Source: Leucoraja erinacea (taxonomy: Eukaryota). From it: 64,000 nucleotides of DNA. Every line of letters begins with the position of its first letter. The stretch's first letter is position 1. The translations under genes were made by a program, and so were the position numbers. The notes beneath the pieces are model-generated. The model did not search any database, was not told the origin of the DNA, and was given only the letters and a program-made list of their open reading frames with translations. Of this stretch, positions 51,131 to 63,888 are shown piece after piece. The stretch lies in the NCBI RefSeq assembly GCF_028641065.1, contig NC_073381.1, positions 23,870,001 through 23,934,000 of the forward strand, given 5' to 3'.

Positions 51131-51339
51131 CATAGGTTGGGGTAAGTACTCTTTTGAGTTTGAAAGGATGCTCAGAATCTAGGATTTATATTGCATCGTT
51201 CGGTATCATGGGGAAATTACATCTTCCAAGAAAATCGATCACTTATCCCATATACCATCTTGGATAAAATAAGGTTAAGTGAACAACATTTTAGTAAAGT
51301 AGTTACAGAGTAAAATATTCCCTATTGTCCGATAGATTA

Positions 51340-51456
51340 AGAGCGCAAATCAATTGGTACAGTAGTGGAGAACGGTAAGTGAACTGGCGAAAAATGGTAG
51401 CACTATCGCGAACCGTTTTTTGCGCTAATAGAAAGACCGCGCAAACTGGCAGATAA
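51340..51456 (-). mobile_element. Helitron-family fragment running into the assembly gap
   Basis: reverse complement similar to 28380-28470 (gtttgcgcg...gcgcaaaaaacggt...ccgttctcc). Confidence 0.6.
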
Positions 51457-51620
51457 NNNNNNNNNNNNNNNNNNNNNNNNNNNNNNNNNNNNNNNNNNNN
51501 NNNNNNNNNNNNNNNNNNNNNNNNNNNNNNNNNNNNNNNNNNNNNNNNNNNNNNNNNNNNNNNNNNNNNNNNNNNNNNNNNNNNNNNNNNNNNNNNNNNN
51601 NNNNNNNNNNNNNNNNNNNN
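51457..51620. other. Assembly gap (164 N)
   Basis: run of n characters. Confidence 1.
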
Positions 51621-51839
51621 TGGCTCGATTGTTATCAAAATATAACCATTTATATAAATGATTTGGATAAAAGCACTTAAGGTATTGTTGCTAAATCTGC
51701 TAAGGATGTTGGGAAGTAGATACAGCATGGAAAACGCCCCTTCAGCCCACCGAGTCCACACCGATCAGTGATCCCCATACAATAGCACTATCCCACATCA
51801 CAAGGGACAATTTTGCAAAGGAAGTTGAGAAGTGTTTAC

Positions 51840-52654
51840 AGAATGTTGCACGTAGATTACGTGAATGGCATAGATCTGGCAAATGTGGAATTATTCACTT
51901 TTGCAGGAAAAAATGGAACCTATATATTATCTAAATGTTGAGAGACTGCAAACCTTAGGTGCAGAGGAATCTGAGAATCTAAGCACATGAATCAGAAAAA
52001 AGGATGCAGATGTATTAAGTAATTAGGAAAATTATTATTAATTGTGAAGAGAATTGAATAATAATGCGGGGAGATCATGCTTCAATTATAAAGAGAATTG
52101 GTGAGACCACATCAGGATTACATTGTACAGTATTAGTGTTGTTCTTCAAGGAAAGATGTAAATCTATTAGAAGCAGTGAAATAAAGTTTAGTAGACTAAT
52201 ACCTGGAATGGGTGTTTTGCCTTGCAGGGGAGGATTGAACGTGCTAGGATTGTAGCTGCTGGAATTTAGAAGAATTACAGGTACTTAAATGAAACATTGA
52301 AAACCATCAGGGAATTGGCAGGATGGATATGCAGGGGAGGTCCTCCTGCGGGAGAATCTGTTCCGTCACTATAAATTGTCTATTTAAGACAGAGACTGAG
52401 AAGTGGTCACTTTTTTGTGTCAGAGGGTTGTGAGGTTTTGGACTTTTCATCCTTAAAAGCCAATAAAAGCAGAAACTTGGAACATTTCAAAGGCAGAATG
52501 CTGGGGAGGGAGTGAGTGGATTTGCTTTGGGGAAGAGGCGGGAGGAATTGGGGGAGGTGGAATTGGTCAGAGGTTGTTAAGGTTATTGGGGGGTGAGAAT
52601 GAAATGTTTCCAGAGTGCAGAAACACAGAGTTGAGATCATAAACTGATTGGCCA
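51840..52654 (+). mobile_element. Old, heavily decayed CR1 3' fragment
   Basis: residual ggtgagaccaca, ctggaatttagaaga, cagagggttgtg motifs shared with younger CR1 copies. Confidence 0.6.
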
Positions 52655-52671
52655 TATTATTAAATGACAGA

Positions 52672-53022
52672 TAGATACAAAATGTTGGTGTAACTCAGCG
52701 GGACAGGCAGCGTCTCTGGAGAGAAGGAATGGGTGCTGGTTCAGGTCGAGACCCTTCTTCAGGCTGATGTCAGGAGTGGGCGGTACCGAGATAAAATGTC
52801 GTCAGAGGCAGTAAGACAGGTAGGAGACCTGGGAAGAGGGAGGCAAAGGCTACTTGAAGTTAGAGAAGTCAATGTTCATACCACTGGAGTGTAAGCTACC
52901 CAAGTGAAATATAAGGTGATGTTCCTCCAATTTGCACTGGGCCTCACTGACAATGAAGGAGGCTCAGGACAGAAAGGTCAGTGTGGGAATGGGAGGGGGA
53001 GTTAAAGTGTTTAGCAACCGGT
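52672..53022 (-). mobile_element. 5'-truncated Penelope insertion with a 17-bp TSD
   Basis: TSD tattattaaatgacaga at 52655-52671 and 53023-53039; minus strand encodes PVAKHFNSPSHSHTDLSVLSLLH (cf. 14764-14815), followed by the terminal repeat. Confidence 0.88.
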
Positions 53023-54299
53023 TATTATTAAATGACAGAGCAGGCAAGAGGGATCCCAAGTGGAATACCACCTTCCTGATCTGTATGTTGATTTATTGAA
53101 AGTGAATTTGGTGCCGAATGTCCTAGCTCTCAAACTGATAGCAAATGCAGCTTAGGTAAAGAACTACTTGAGTTGAAAATAATGTACTGCTCTTGCTAAC
53201 TCTAAAATGAAGTGCAAGGTCAATGCCAGATGTAATTATTCATAACAAATATTCCAGCTTGTTGTAGGTTGAAATTGCAGAACTGTAACATTATATCAGC
53301 CTACTATCCTTCATTCTCAGATTTGTCTTCTGCACCTGTGTGTCCATTCTTACTCCAAAGGGCTCTGATGGATGTGTTGGGTGGGAATAGAGCAACCTTG
53401 ACAGCAAACATCTCAAAGGTTAAAGTAAATAGTGCATTCTATTTTTTTCTATCATTCAATATATATTGTCATGTTTAACAGATTAATTCAATGGATTATT
53501 ATGCCCAATAGCACAGAATGAATTTGCACCATAATCATTTAGACATCAAGAAACAAGGCTACACATGTTACAAAAGCCTGACAAGGCAAAACTATTATTC
53601 AAAACCAGCAAAAATATTATTGACAGATTCTGGTTTAGTAGGGGTGTCAGGGTTTATGGGGAGAAGACAGGAAACGGGGTTGAGAGGGAAAGATAACTCC
53701 TGACATCTTTACTAATCAATAATCTGTCAATCTCTGCCTTAAAAATATCCATTGACAGCCTCCATAACTGTCTGTGGTAATGAGTTCCACAGATTCACCA
53801 CCCTCTGACTTTCCTTTGTTGTCCACAAAGCAAAATCTGTGCCATAAATGTTACTTTATACCATGGAGCAACCTGCAATCCTCTCAAAACTATGTGCTCA
53901 TTCCTCCAGCTGCTCTCTGCCAGGAACAACATGTATTAAAAACATAGAAACATAGAAAAATAAGTGCAGGTGTAGGCCATTCGGCCCCTTGAGCCAGCAC
54001 CGCCATTCAATATGATCATGGCTGATTATCTAAAATCAGTACCCTGTTTCTGCTTTTTCCCCATAGCCCTTGATTCCTTTAGCCCCAAGAGCTAAATCTA
54101 ACTCTCTCTTGAAATTACCATCTCTCGCAATAGAATACATACATGGAAAAATGGCTACATTCAGTATTACAGATAGTTCCAACCCCAACCTGAAGGATTC
54201 TGACATTAAAGTTATGGTGAATGTGACCTTAAGGGCCAGTGGGAAAGTGATTCTCAGCTGTCTATTTGATTGCTGTTCTGGGTGAAACAAGTGGTTCTA

Positions 54300-54659
54300 T
54301 CTATACAAAACTAAAACTCTGATCTTGTGCTCTACCGGTTTGCGGAGTTTTTGCGCAAAAATGGTACACGATAGTCCTGCTATTTTACACCCCCTTACTC
54401 GCCATTCTCCTGTGTTGCGAGTGTAACAAGTTTTGTTCCAATCGATAGTATGTTGTAAAAGTTATCGAGGTTTAAAAATCATAAAAATGCGCATGTGCAG
54501 ATTGCTGTCAGTCGCAGCCACTCAGATTGGTCTCCTTTCCTGTCACTCAGGAAGGGGCATTGCTATGGTGAAGGAGCGGCACCGCTGCTCGAGGAGCTGT
54601 GGCCACACTGTACCTGGTGGGGAGGGTGGTGCCACGGGCTGTGCCCAGTGCCTGGGCCT

Positions 54660-54710
<51 letters not shown>

Positions 54711-55025
54711 ATGAGGGAGGGAGGGGGAGAGGGGGATGATGGAGGGAGAGAGGGATGGAGGGGGGAAAGGGGAGAGAGGGAGGGGGATGGAGAGAGGGAT
54801 GAGGGAGTGGGATAGAGGGGTAGTGGAGTGCAGGGGGGTAGGGAGGGGAGTATAACGGGTCTGGGGTGATGGGAAGGGTGGGATAGAGTGGGACGTAGAG
54901 GGTGAGTGTGACAGCGAGGGGAGGGGGATAGGCATGAGTGGTAGAATATTGCATTGGGGAACAGGTTGCGTTGGGGGACCAGTATTCCCATGTGACAGGG
55001 ACCCAATGGGCCCCACTTAGTCTAG
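54300..55025 (+). mobile_element. Non-autonomous Helitron containing a 50-nt poly-G tract (54660-54709)
   Basis: A|TCTATACAAAACTAAAACTCTGATC ... GGGACCCA-A-TGGGCCCC hairpin, ACTTAGT-CTAG|T; no TSD. Confidence 0.85.
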
Positions 55026-57210
55026 TATCACACTAAATTTGCAGATACTTAATAAATTGCTCTTCACCCTTCTAATGGAGGTTGCATTAGGAAATGCTGA
55101 AAAACAGCAGATGCTAGAATCTTCAGCAAGGTCAGATTCATTCAGTCTGAAGTGGGGTTGTGACCCAAAACATTGCCTGACCAATCCCTCCACAGATGCT
55201 GTGTGACTCATTGCAGTGTAGTTTCTCCCACACTTTCTCATTTTGATGCATTTGATCTCATTTTTGATTCATACAGGTGTCAGGGGTTATGGAGAGAAGG
55301 CAGGAAAATAGGATTCAGAGGGAAAGATAGAAACGCAATGATTGAATGGTGGAGTAGATTTGATGGGTCAAATAGCCTAATTCTGCCCCTAGAAGTATGA
55401 ATATGAACTATTTGGAAACTTGCCTCCCAAATATCCGCAGCAGATCCAGACTCAGAGTGCCCTTGACCCCATTCTACATTTCCCTCTACTTTGTCACTTC
55501 AGACCATCGTCTACTTCCTCATCCTTCTTCTCATTCTCCCCAACGCATTGCATGCCTTGAGAATACATGGAGCTACCATTTATTGCAGAAGCCTAAGGAC
55601 ATTGTCAACTCCTTCAACTGAATCAAAACAATGTTAAGTCGAAACAAAGATCAATTAGCCTTGAAGACCTGTGTTGCTGCAAAAGTAGGGTTTATTTTTG
55701 CTGCTCAACCCTTTAATCTATGAAAATTCATTCTGAAACTGCTTGTGTCACTTTTCTGGGAGAGCAGCAGGGGAATAGTTTACTTCAGCCCATGATTTGC
55801 AAGTAGCAATATTCCTGGAGCCTGAACAATTTTCTGTATAGTAACTATGTGCAAATTTGAGAGTCAAGCTGAGCACCACTTATAAATGCAACTTCCCGAC
55901 ATGATGACAGGTCTGCGAGTGATGATCACTGCAGAATACTTAGCTATTAATAGTTTTTTTTTCCCCAAGTCTGAACTGCTAAGGCTGTGTCAGAAGTTTC
56001 ACTGATACACTATTGCAGAGAGTATGGCCACTGGGGTGGGAAACATGGAGCAGTTAGGTCCAATTCCCATAGCTTATAAAGGCGGGAAGGTATCCTTAAC
56101 TGGACCATGGAGATAGCATTCCCTTTAGTGAGTATTCCACAGCTGGCTTTAGAGTTGGTCTTCTCAACGACGACTTGGGTAAAATGGGCTCTAAAACTTG
56201 CACTCAAGTAGTACTTTGTCCTTGAAGATATGAGATTCGTCCTATCAGGCAAATCAGACCAATTCTTAAAGATTTGGTCTCCATTTATCTTATTACAAGC
56301 ATATGGTGCAACACAACCTTAGAAATTAATTGTTTCAGAACCGGGGGAGGGGTGGGTAAAGATACGAAGGAGGCATATCCCTTTCAATTTCTCTCTTTTT
56401 TTTCTTTTCTCTTTTTCTCTCCTCTATTCTTTTCCTTTTTGCTTATTTCACATCACCTTCTTTTCTTTTTCGAGCTATATAATATTCTCTCTCTCTATAT
56501 TTCTTGCTTTTCTTAATCTTTTTTTCTACTATTAAATTTAAAATAAGAAGTTGTACATGAAATGTAATGTGTTATTTATGTCTTATATTATTGAACATCA
56601 CTTCTAATAAAAATATATTTTTTTAAAGTAGTACTTTGCTCAGCTTTGAGCTGAATTGCTCATCCCAGGCTTGCAATGGTGACAACAACAATTCCTTTCA
56701 TGCACATGGAGGACCTGTTTCATGGTGCACTCTTCAAATTATCTGCATGGCTCATAAAAGCCGTGTTCTACAAGATTGAATTTCATGCCCATAATGTCAA
56801 ACTAATACACACACTGATTGACTTCATGGTGGACACACTCAGTGATTCCCGAGATTGTTAGCATCACTTCCACTAATGTCCTTCCCAATATCACACTGGT
56901 ACAATCTGCATCTTGCATTTGCATACCTGCACTGGATGCGATTTAGGAAGCAAAATATTACCAGTGGTGATGAACGGTGTTGCCTGCTCAAATACTGCCA
57001 CGAGATTTTTCGGTGTTAAATATATCACCGGTTAAATTTCTTCATTGTTGCATTTGAAGAGTGGTGTAATCAAAACTTAATATTGAAGAGCAAAAGAGTT
57101 AAATGAGTCAGTTTAAAGATTTTAAAAGTCATCTACTTGTTGATGAATCATAGCTGATAACATGGTGACAGGTCACTTGGACCTGTTTTCCCATGTCCAT
57201 GCTAATCTTT

Positions 57211-57490
57211 TGTTTAGTTTAGTTTAGAGATACAGCACGGAAACAGGCTATTCGGCACACCAAGTCTGCACCGGCCAGTGATCCCCGCACATTAACTCAA
57301 GCCTATGCACATTAGGGACAATTTAAACTTATACCAAGTATACAAACACAAGCCAATTAACCGACAAACCTGTACGTCTATGGAGTGTGGGAGGAAACCA
57401 AGGATCTCGGTGAAAACATACGTAGTCATGGGGTACATACTCTGTGCAGACAGCACCGTAGTCGGTATCATATCCGGGTCTCCGGCGCTC
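57211..57490 (-). mobile_element. tRNA-derived SINE
   Basis: (gttta)n tail, ggagtgtgggaggaaacc core. Confidence 0.82.
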
Positions 57491-57734
57491 TTGTTTTTGA
57501 TACTGTCAACATGGAAAAGGGCTCAGACTATCTATCCTCCCTGCCTCTCGTACCTTATGTATCTCTATTATGTGAAATATCAAATATGTAAGCTTATATC
57601 TTCCTGAAGATGGGTAAGAATACTTTTCTGAATCTTTATTTTTTTTAGTGGCCAGAAATTAAAATTCTATGCGTTTTTGTTTTTAAGTTTCATTTTAACA
57701 AATCTGAACTGATCTGATATAGTAGTGGCCAGAA

Positions 57735-59390
57735 GATCTGGGATGACAGAGGAACAGAGGATATTAAGCAGGAAATGGTATTGGATAGACTGATGGGGAC
57801 TGATAAATCCCCAGGGCCTGATGGTCTGCATCCCAGGGTACTTAAGGAAGTAGCTCGAGAAATCATGGATGCATTGAGATATTTTTCCAATGTTCTATAG
57901 ACTCAGAATCAGTTCCTGTGGATTGGAGGGTAGCTAATGTTATCCCACTTTTTTAGATAGGTGGGAGAGAGAAAACGGGGAATTATGGACCAGTTAGCCT
58001 GACATGGTGGAGGGAAAGATGCTGGAGTCAATAATAAAAGATGAGATAGCCGCACATTTGGATAGCAGTAACCGGATCGGTCCGAGTCAGCATGGATTTA
58101 CAAAGGGGAAATCATGCTTGACTAATCTTCTGGAATTTTTTGAAGATGTAACTAGCAAAATGGACAAGGGAGAGACAGTGGATGTAGTGTACCTGGACTT
58201 TCAGAAAGCATTTGATAAGGTCCCACATAGGAGATTAGTGGGCAAAATTATGGCACATGGTATTGGGGGTAGAGTGCTGACATGGATAGAAAAGTGGTTG
58301 GCAGACAACAAACAAAGAGTAGGGATTAACGGGTCCCTTTCAGAATGGCAGGCAGTGACTAGCGGGGTACCAAAAGGCTCGGTGCTGGGACCGCAGCTAT
58401 TTACAATATATATCAATGATTTGGATGAAGGGATTCAAAGTAACATTAGCAAATTTGCAGATGACACAAAGGTGGGTGGCAGTGTGAACTGTGAGGAGGA
58501 TGCCATGAGAATGCAGGGTGACTTGGACAGGTTGGGGGAGTGGGCAGATGCATGCCAGATGAAGTTTAATGCGGATAAATGTGAGGTTATCCATTTCGGT
58601 AGCAAAAACAGGAAGGCTGATTACTATCTAAATGGCGTCAAGTTGGGAAAAGGGGAAATACAACGGGACCTGGGAGTCCTTGTACATCAGTATGAAATAA
58701 GCATGCAGGTACAGCAGGCAGTGAAGAAAGCGAATGGCATGTTGGCCTTTATAGCATGAGGAATCGAATATAGGCATAAAGAGGTCCTTCTGCAGTTGTA
58801 CAGAGCCCTAGTGAGCACACCTGGAGTATTGTGTGCAGTTTTGGTCCCCTAATTTGAGGAAGGACATTCTTGCTATTGAGGGAGTGGAGCATAGGTTTAC
58901 AAGGTTTATTCCCGGGATGGCAGGACTGTCATATGCTGAGAGAATGGAGCAGCTAGGCTTGTACACTCTGGAGTTTAGAAGGCTGAGAAGAGATCTCATT
59001 GAAACATATAAGATTGTTAAGGGTTTGGGCACGCTAGAGGCAGGAAACATGTTCCCGATGTTGGGGGAGTCCAGAACCAGTGGCCACAGTTTAAGAATAA
59101 GGAGGAAGCCATTTAGAACAGAGTCGAGGAAACACTTTTTCTCACAGAGAGTGGTGAGTCTGTGGAATGCTCGGCCTCAGAGGGCGGTGGAGGCTGGTTC
59201 TCTGGATACTTTCAAGAGAGAGCTAGATCGGGCTCTTAAAAATAGTGGAGTCAGGAGATATGGGGAGAAGGCAGGAACGGGGTACTGTTTGGGGATGATC
59301 AGCCATGAACACATTAAATCGCGGTGCTGGCTCAAAGGGCCAAATGGCCTACTCCTGCACCTATTGTCGATTGTCTATTGTCTATTGTGA
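57735..59390 (+). mobile_element. CR1 LINE 3' portion (RT domain) ending ~95 bp upstream of an SNTG2 exon
   Basis: QHGFTKGKSCLTNLLEFFE, YLDFQKAFDKVPH, SGVPKGSVLGP, KFADDTK; (tattgtc)n tail. Confidence 0.95.
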
Positions 59391-59483
59391 ATGTTAATGG
59401 GGTGAAACATCCAGCTAATAAGATGCATTGTAATATTCCTGGGTTAAGATATGTTTCTGATGTGTTATATTTATTCCATCCAG

Positions 59484-59611
59484 GCACCATCATCACCCTC
59501 TTCACCTTCAGCTAATGAACCAAAATTTGAGAAACGTTGGTTAGATGCCTTATCGGTCCCTTTGACAATGGCTCGAGTCTCAAGATACAGAGTTGGACCA
59601 GATCAATTAAG
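59484..59611 (+). CDS. SNTG2: gamma-2 syntrophin coding exon (128 bp): APSSPSSPSANEPKFEKRWLDALSVPLTMARVSRYRVGPDQL(R)
   Basis: tccatccag|GCA acceptor, AG|gtttgt donor; phase 0 start matches previous exon; 'EKRWLD.LSVPL.MAR' recognised as SNTG2; preceded by a 41.3-kb intron. Confidence 0.94.
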
Positions 59612-60034
59612 GTTTGTAATCCTGAGAGATAAAGACTCAGCAAATTGGAACACTTCTGATATTGCTCTTTTTGTACAGATGTTCGGTTACAATATGGTAC
59701 AGAGTTGTTTACAATAATGATGAATGATCATATTTCTAAATATCCCCCAAGATGCAGTTTTCTTCAGATTAATTGAATGTAGGAGGAAGTCGATTGAAGA
59801 AAAGTTAAATATGACAGTTTCTTGGCTGTACTGGCCAGCAGTAGCCCCGTCAAAATTGCATTTGATCAAACAGCAGCCCAATAACATCTTCTTTTGAAAA
59901 ATAATTGTAGCTTTGTGAAATTGGGTCTAAAATGAGTCATTTCACAGCTTTTTAATTATTGGCAAATATCCTGTATGTTTCTCTTTACACTGTTTCCTGC
60001 AAGAATATTGTGCTTCATTATTTATAATTTATTA

Positions 60035-60700
60035 TAGAGTCATAAAGCACAGAAACAAGGCCTTTCAGCCCAGCATGTCCTTGCCAAGATGTCCCATCTA
60101 AGCTAGCCCTATTTGCCCACATATTCCTCCAAGCCTTTCCTATCCATGTGCCTGTTCAATGTTTTTTAAATGTTGTTATGTGTTCATTCAAATTCGTTCA
60201 TTCAAAACATAGCCCTCAGTTAAATAATTCTTACCCTTTGCCCTACAGTTCTTGATTCCCCCAACCTGGGAACAAGACTGTGAATTTACCTATCTATTCC
60301 CTAATGATTTTCTTTATCTCTACAAAATCACTCCTAAGCCTCCTGTGCTCCAAGGAATAAAGTCCTAAACTGCCCATCCTCCGCTATAGCTCAGGCCCTT
60401 AAGTCCTGGCATCATTGTCAAAAATCTTCTCTGCACTCTTTCCTGCTTTAAAGCATTTTTCTGTAGCAAGGTAACAAAAACTGAACCCAATACTCCAAGT
60501 GCAGCCACACCAACATCTTGTACAACTGTAACATAACGTTACGACTTCTATACTCAAGTCCCTGACTGATAAAGGCCAGGGTACCAAAAGCATTTGTCAC
60601 CACCTTAGGTAACTGTGACACCACTATCTGGAAACTATGTAACTGTACTTCTAGATTCCTCTGAGTCACAACACTCCCCAGGGGCCTAATCATTGGCAAG
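60035..60700 (-). mobile_element. Old CR1 3' fragment
   Basis: LEYRSRNVMLQLYKMLVWLHLEYWVQF resembles the CR1 ORF2 C-terminus. Confidence 0.75.
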
Positions 60701-61406
60701 TCAGCTGTTTCAATCCGTACACTGCCTCTGGTTATCAAACTGTTTGTCCAATATCTAGTCCCAGGTGGGTCAGGTCTTTCCGAAAGTTAACTTCACAAGG
60801 ATTGCTAACCATTAAATTCAGCCGCCATCACAGACTCCTTTCCCTATCCACCAATTTCATCCACTCATGTTTACTCGAGTTGAATAGTTTACTATTTTGC
60901 CATTTTGTTTTACCCAAAGATTAACCTCCATCTTCCATTCTCTCTGCATTATGATCATCTAATTCTACCTCTGTCCAACAAAGGGTCTTGTCTCATCATC
61001 TGTTCTTTTTTCCTAAGATGCTGTCTGACCCCGCTGAGTTGCTGTTTCTGTCTATCTCTGTAATGTTGTCGATGTACGTCCTGACGTTCTCCAAAAACTG
61101 CAAAAACACACCTGCTGGCTTCACAATTTCCACTCAGCTACCATCACAAATTCTGTTCATTCAAAATCCATTATTTCCATGCTCCTTATACTTATTCACC
61201 TACAATAACTCCTGATTTACAACACCTCATTTCTATAATTCATTCATGCATCCAACTCTCACTTTTCCTTTCATCTGTAATGTCTATCGATCCAATAATC
61301 TTCCTCCAAATTTGATTTCCACTATCTCTGGTCTCTTGCTCAACTCAAGTTTGTCACCCAGCTGAACATGATGTTAGATTCATAGAGTGATACAGAGTGG
61401 AAACTG

Positions 61407-61800
61407 TTGTTAAGGGGAGACTTGATAGAGGTCTTTAAAATGATGAGAGGGATAGACAGCGTTGACGTGGATAAGCTTTTTCCATTAAGAGTAGGGAAGA
61501 TTCAAACAAGAGGACATGATTTGAGAATTAAGGGACAGAAGTTTAGGGGGAACTTCTTTACTCAGAACATGAGGGGGAACTTCTTTACTCAGAGAGTGGT
61601 AGCTGTGTGGAATGAGCTTCCAGTGGAGGCAGGTTCAATTTTATCATTTAAAAATAAATTGGATAGTTATATGGACGGGAAAGAAATGGAGGGTTATGGT
61701 CTGAGTGCAGGTAGATGGGACTAGGGGCAAATAAGTATTCGGCACGGACTAGAAGGGCTGAGATGGCCTGTTTCCGTGCTGTAATTGTTATATGGTTATA
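61407..61800 (+). mobile_element. CR1 3' fragment with 9-bp TSD
   Basis: LRGDLIEVFKMMRG..TRGHDLRI..FFTQRVVAVWNELP; TSD tggaaactg at 61398-61406 and 61801-61809. Confidence 0.88.
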
Positions 61801-62712
61801 TGGAAACTGGCCCTTCAGCCCAACTCGCCCACACCGGCCTAAATGTACGAAAGGATAATCTATAATTTTGGCTTCTTTGTTTGGGGGGTGGGGGATGACC
61901 AATAATTCACTCTTCTAGTATTTTTGTTGTATATTAGGTATGAACTATCCATTCACTTTGCAAGCTACAGCTTGAAACAGTGTATGTCTCATAGGAGTTG
62001 TTAAATATTCATGTTATTGGGAAGAGGACGATACAATGTGGGTTGCCATACTGCATCAGAGGAAGGATGCACCCAACTGTGTTTGTTTTCTACTGCCTTT
62101 GGAGGTAAAAGCAGTGGAAAAGTAGAGGCTTTGCTTTCTCAGCAGCTTATAATAATGGTGCAGGTTGTAATTTGACCAGAACGTGAGTTTCAAGATAGCA
62201 TACTAATTCCTGTGGCTATTACAAAGTATCTTTCAATTTTCAAATTTTGTGCAAATTTCAATTTGCACAAAATTTCGTTCAGACCGTAAGGTCTGAATGA
62301 CAATAAAGGAAATTCAATTCAATTCAATTCAATTAAAAAAAATTATCCTTTAGGCTTATTCTAGGGTGCTGCTCGAAACGCAGTGATCTGTGCTCAGTTA
62401 ATAGTGCACAGATGTTCTGAGCATGTAACAGATGCATTGTGCTGCCACAAACAGCAATGTTGTCATTTTCCCCGTGGACAACCAGCTAGAAAGAATCTAC
62501 ACGTATTATATCTCATGTTTTCAGGATATCCCAAGTGCTTCCAGCCAATGGGGTTTTATTGAAGTTAGATCAAAGTGCAGTTCAACACATTCCAAGATCT
62601 GCTGGTGTATAGGACAATACGGATGGCATCTGTGTAGCCCCAAGTGTTTCAATGTACAATAACTATTCATGAAACACAAGAGCCTCTGCTCCATCAATTC
62701 TGAGTGCATCTG

Positions 62713-62884
62713 TGTTGTGTATTTGGTGCTGGAAACAGACTTTAAATAAGGCTCAGACACTGGAGTTAGCTATCAAGCTTCTTTTATTCTGAATGCCACG
62801 ACGAGTCTCCCTTGCGCATGCATACCACTGCGCAAGACATCAAATATGTTAATCATATTTCATACATAACACTCCTCCCCCTTT
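62713..62884 (-). mobile_element. Short LTR (62713-62871) preceded by a polypurine tract
   Basis: minus strand AAAGGGGGAGGAG|TGTTATGT ... AATAAA ... ACACAACA; 7/8 terminal inverted repeat; no TSD found. Confidence 0.6.
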
Positions 62885-63075
62885 AACAGGCAGGTAACAC
62901 AATTTCCTCTGCATCTGTTATAATGTCTCACAGCAAAGAAAGAGGCCCTTTGGCCAACTATTACTCATTTCTCACTACTTCAACAATAATCCCAGAGCAG
63001 GGTTGATTTTCAGATTGGAGGCCTGTAACCAGAAGTATACCGCAGGGGTTAGCCCTCTATCCACTGTTTGTCATC

Positions 63076-63888
63076 TTTAGTTTAGTTTAGAGACACAGCA
63101 CGGAAACGTGCCTTTTGCCCCACCGAGTCCGGGCCAACCAGCTATCCCCGCACATTAACACTATCATACACGCACCAGGGACAATGTACAATTATACCAA
63201 GCCAATTAACGTACAAACCTGCACATCTATGGAGTGTGGGAGGAAACCGGAGACCCTGGAGAAAAACCACACAGGTCATAGGGAGAATGTACAAACTCGG
63301 TACAGACAAGCACCCGTAATCAGGATGGAACCCGGGTCTCTGGCTTTGTAGAATTACAATTAGAATTTCCTTTATTATCATTCAGACCTTATGGTCTGAA
63401 CGAAATTTCGTGCCTGCAGTCATACATACAATAATACAATAATAATCAACAATAAACACAAATTAACATCCACCACAGTGAGTCCTCCAAGCACCTCCTC
63501 ACTGTGGTGGAGGCAAAAATCTTAGGGCTGCAGTCTCTTCCCTCCTCTTCTCCCTCTGCGCTGAGGCGATACCCCACCGGGCGATGGTACAAACAGTCCC
63601 GCGGCTCACCGAACCCCGCGAACGGGCCGGCTCAAACACCGCGGCCCGGGGTGGTCAAAGCTGCCGCCCTCCAGTCCAGCGGATGCAGCCACTGGCCCGC
63701 GGCTGAACCCCGGACTCAGGTCACCGCCGCCAGAACGCCGTCCCAGCCACCAGAGCACCGTTGCAGCCCCGAGCCGGATCGCCCTCACGTGAGTGCCGTT
63801 CCTCTCTCGAGCTGGGCCGCTCCGACGGGAGCGCCGTTCCAACCACGGGCTGTAAGGCAGCAACTCTACCACTGCACCACTCTGCCAC
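63076..63888 (-). mobile_element. SINE interrupted by a GC-rich non-autonomous retroposon (~63351-63847)
   Basis: SINE tail/core 63076-63350; head resumes gctgtaaggcagcaactctacc at ~63849; insert shares aacatccaccacagtgag..ctcactgtg with 38001-38043. Confidence 0.75.

Noticed and set aside
51303-51761. 152-aa ORF
   Set aside because: Spans the N gap; artefact
5775-59611. Assignment to SNTG1 or alpha/beta syntrophins
   Set aside because: Exon peptides (ADQTGMLFVGDAVLQ, SSPLFDSGLHLNG, EKRWLD.LSVPL.MAR) match my recollection of gamma-2 specifically; reciprocal BLAST would confirm
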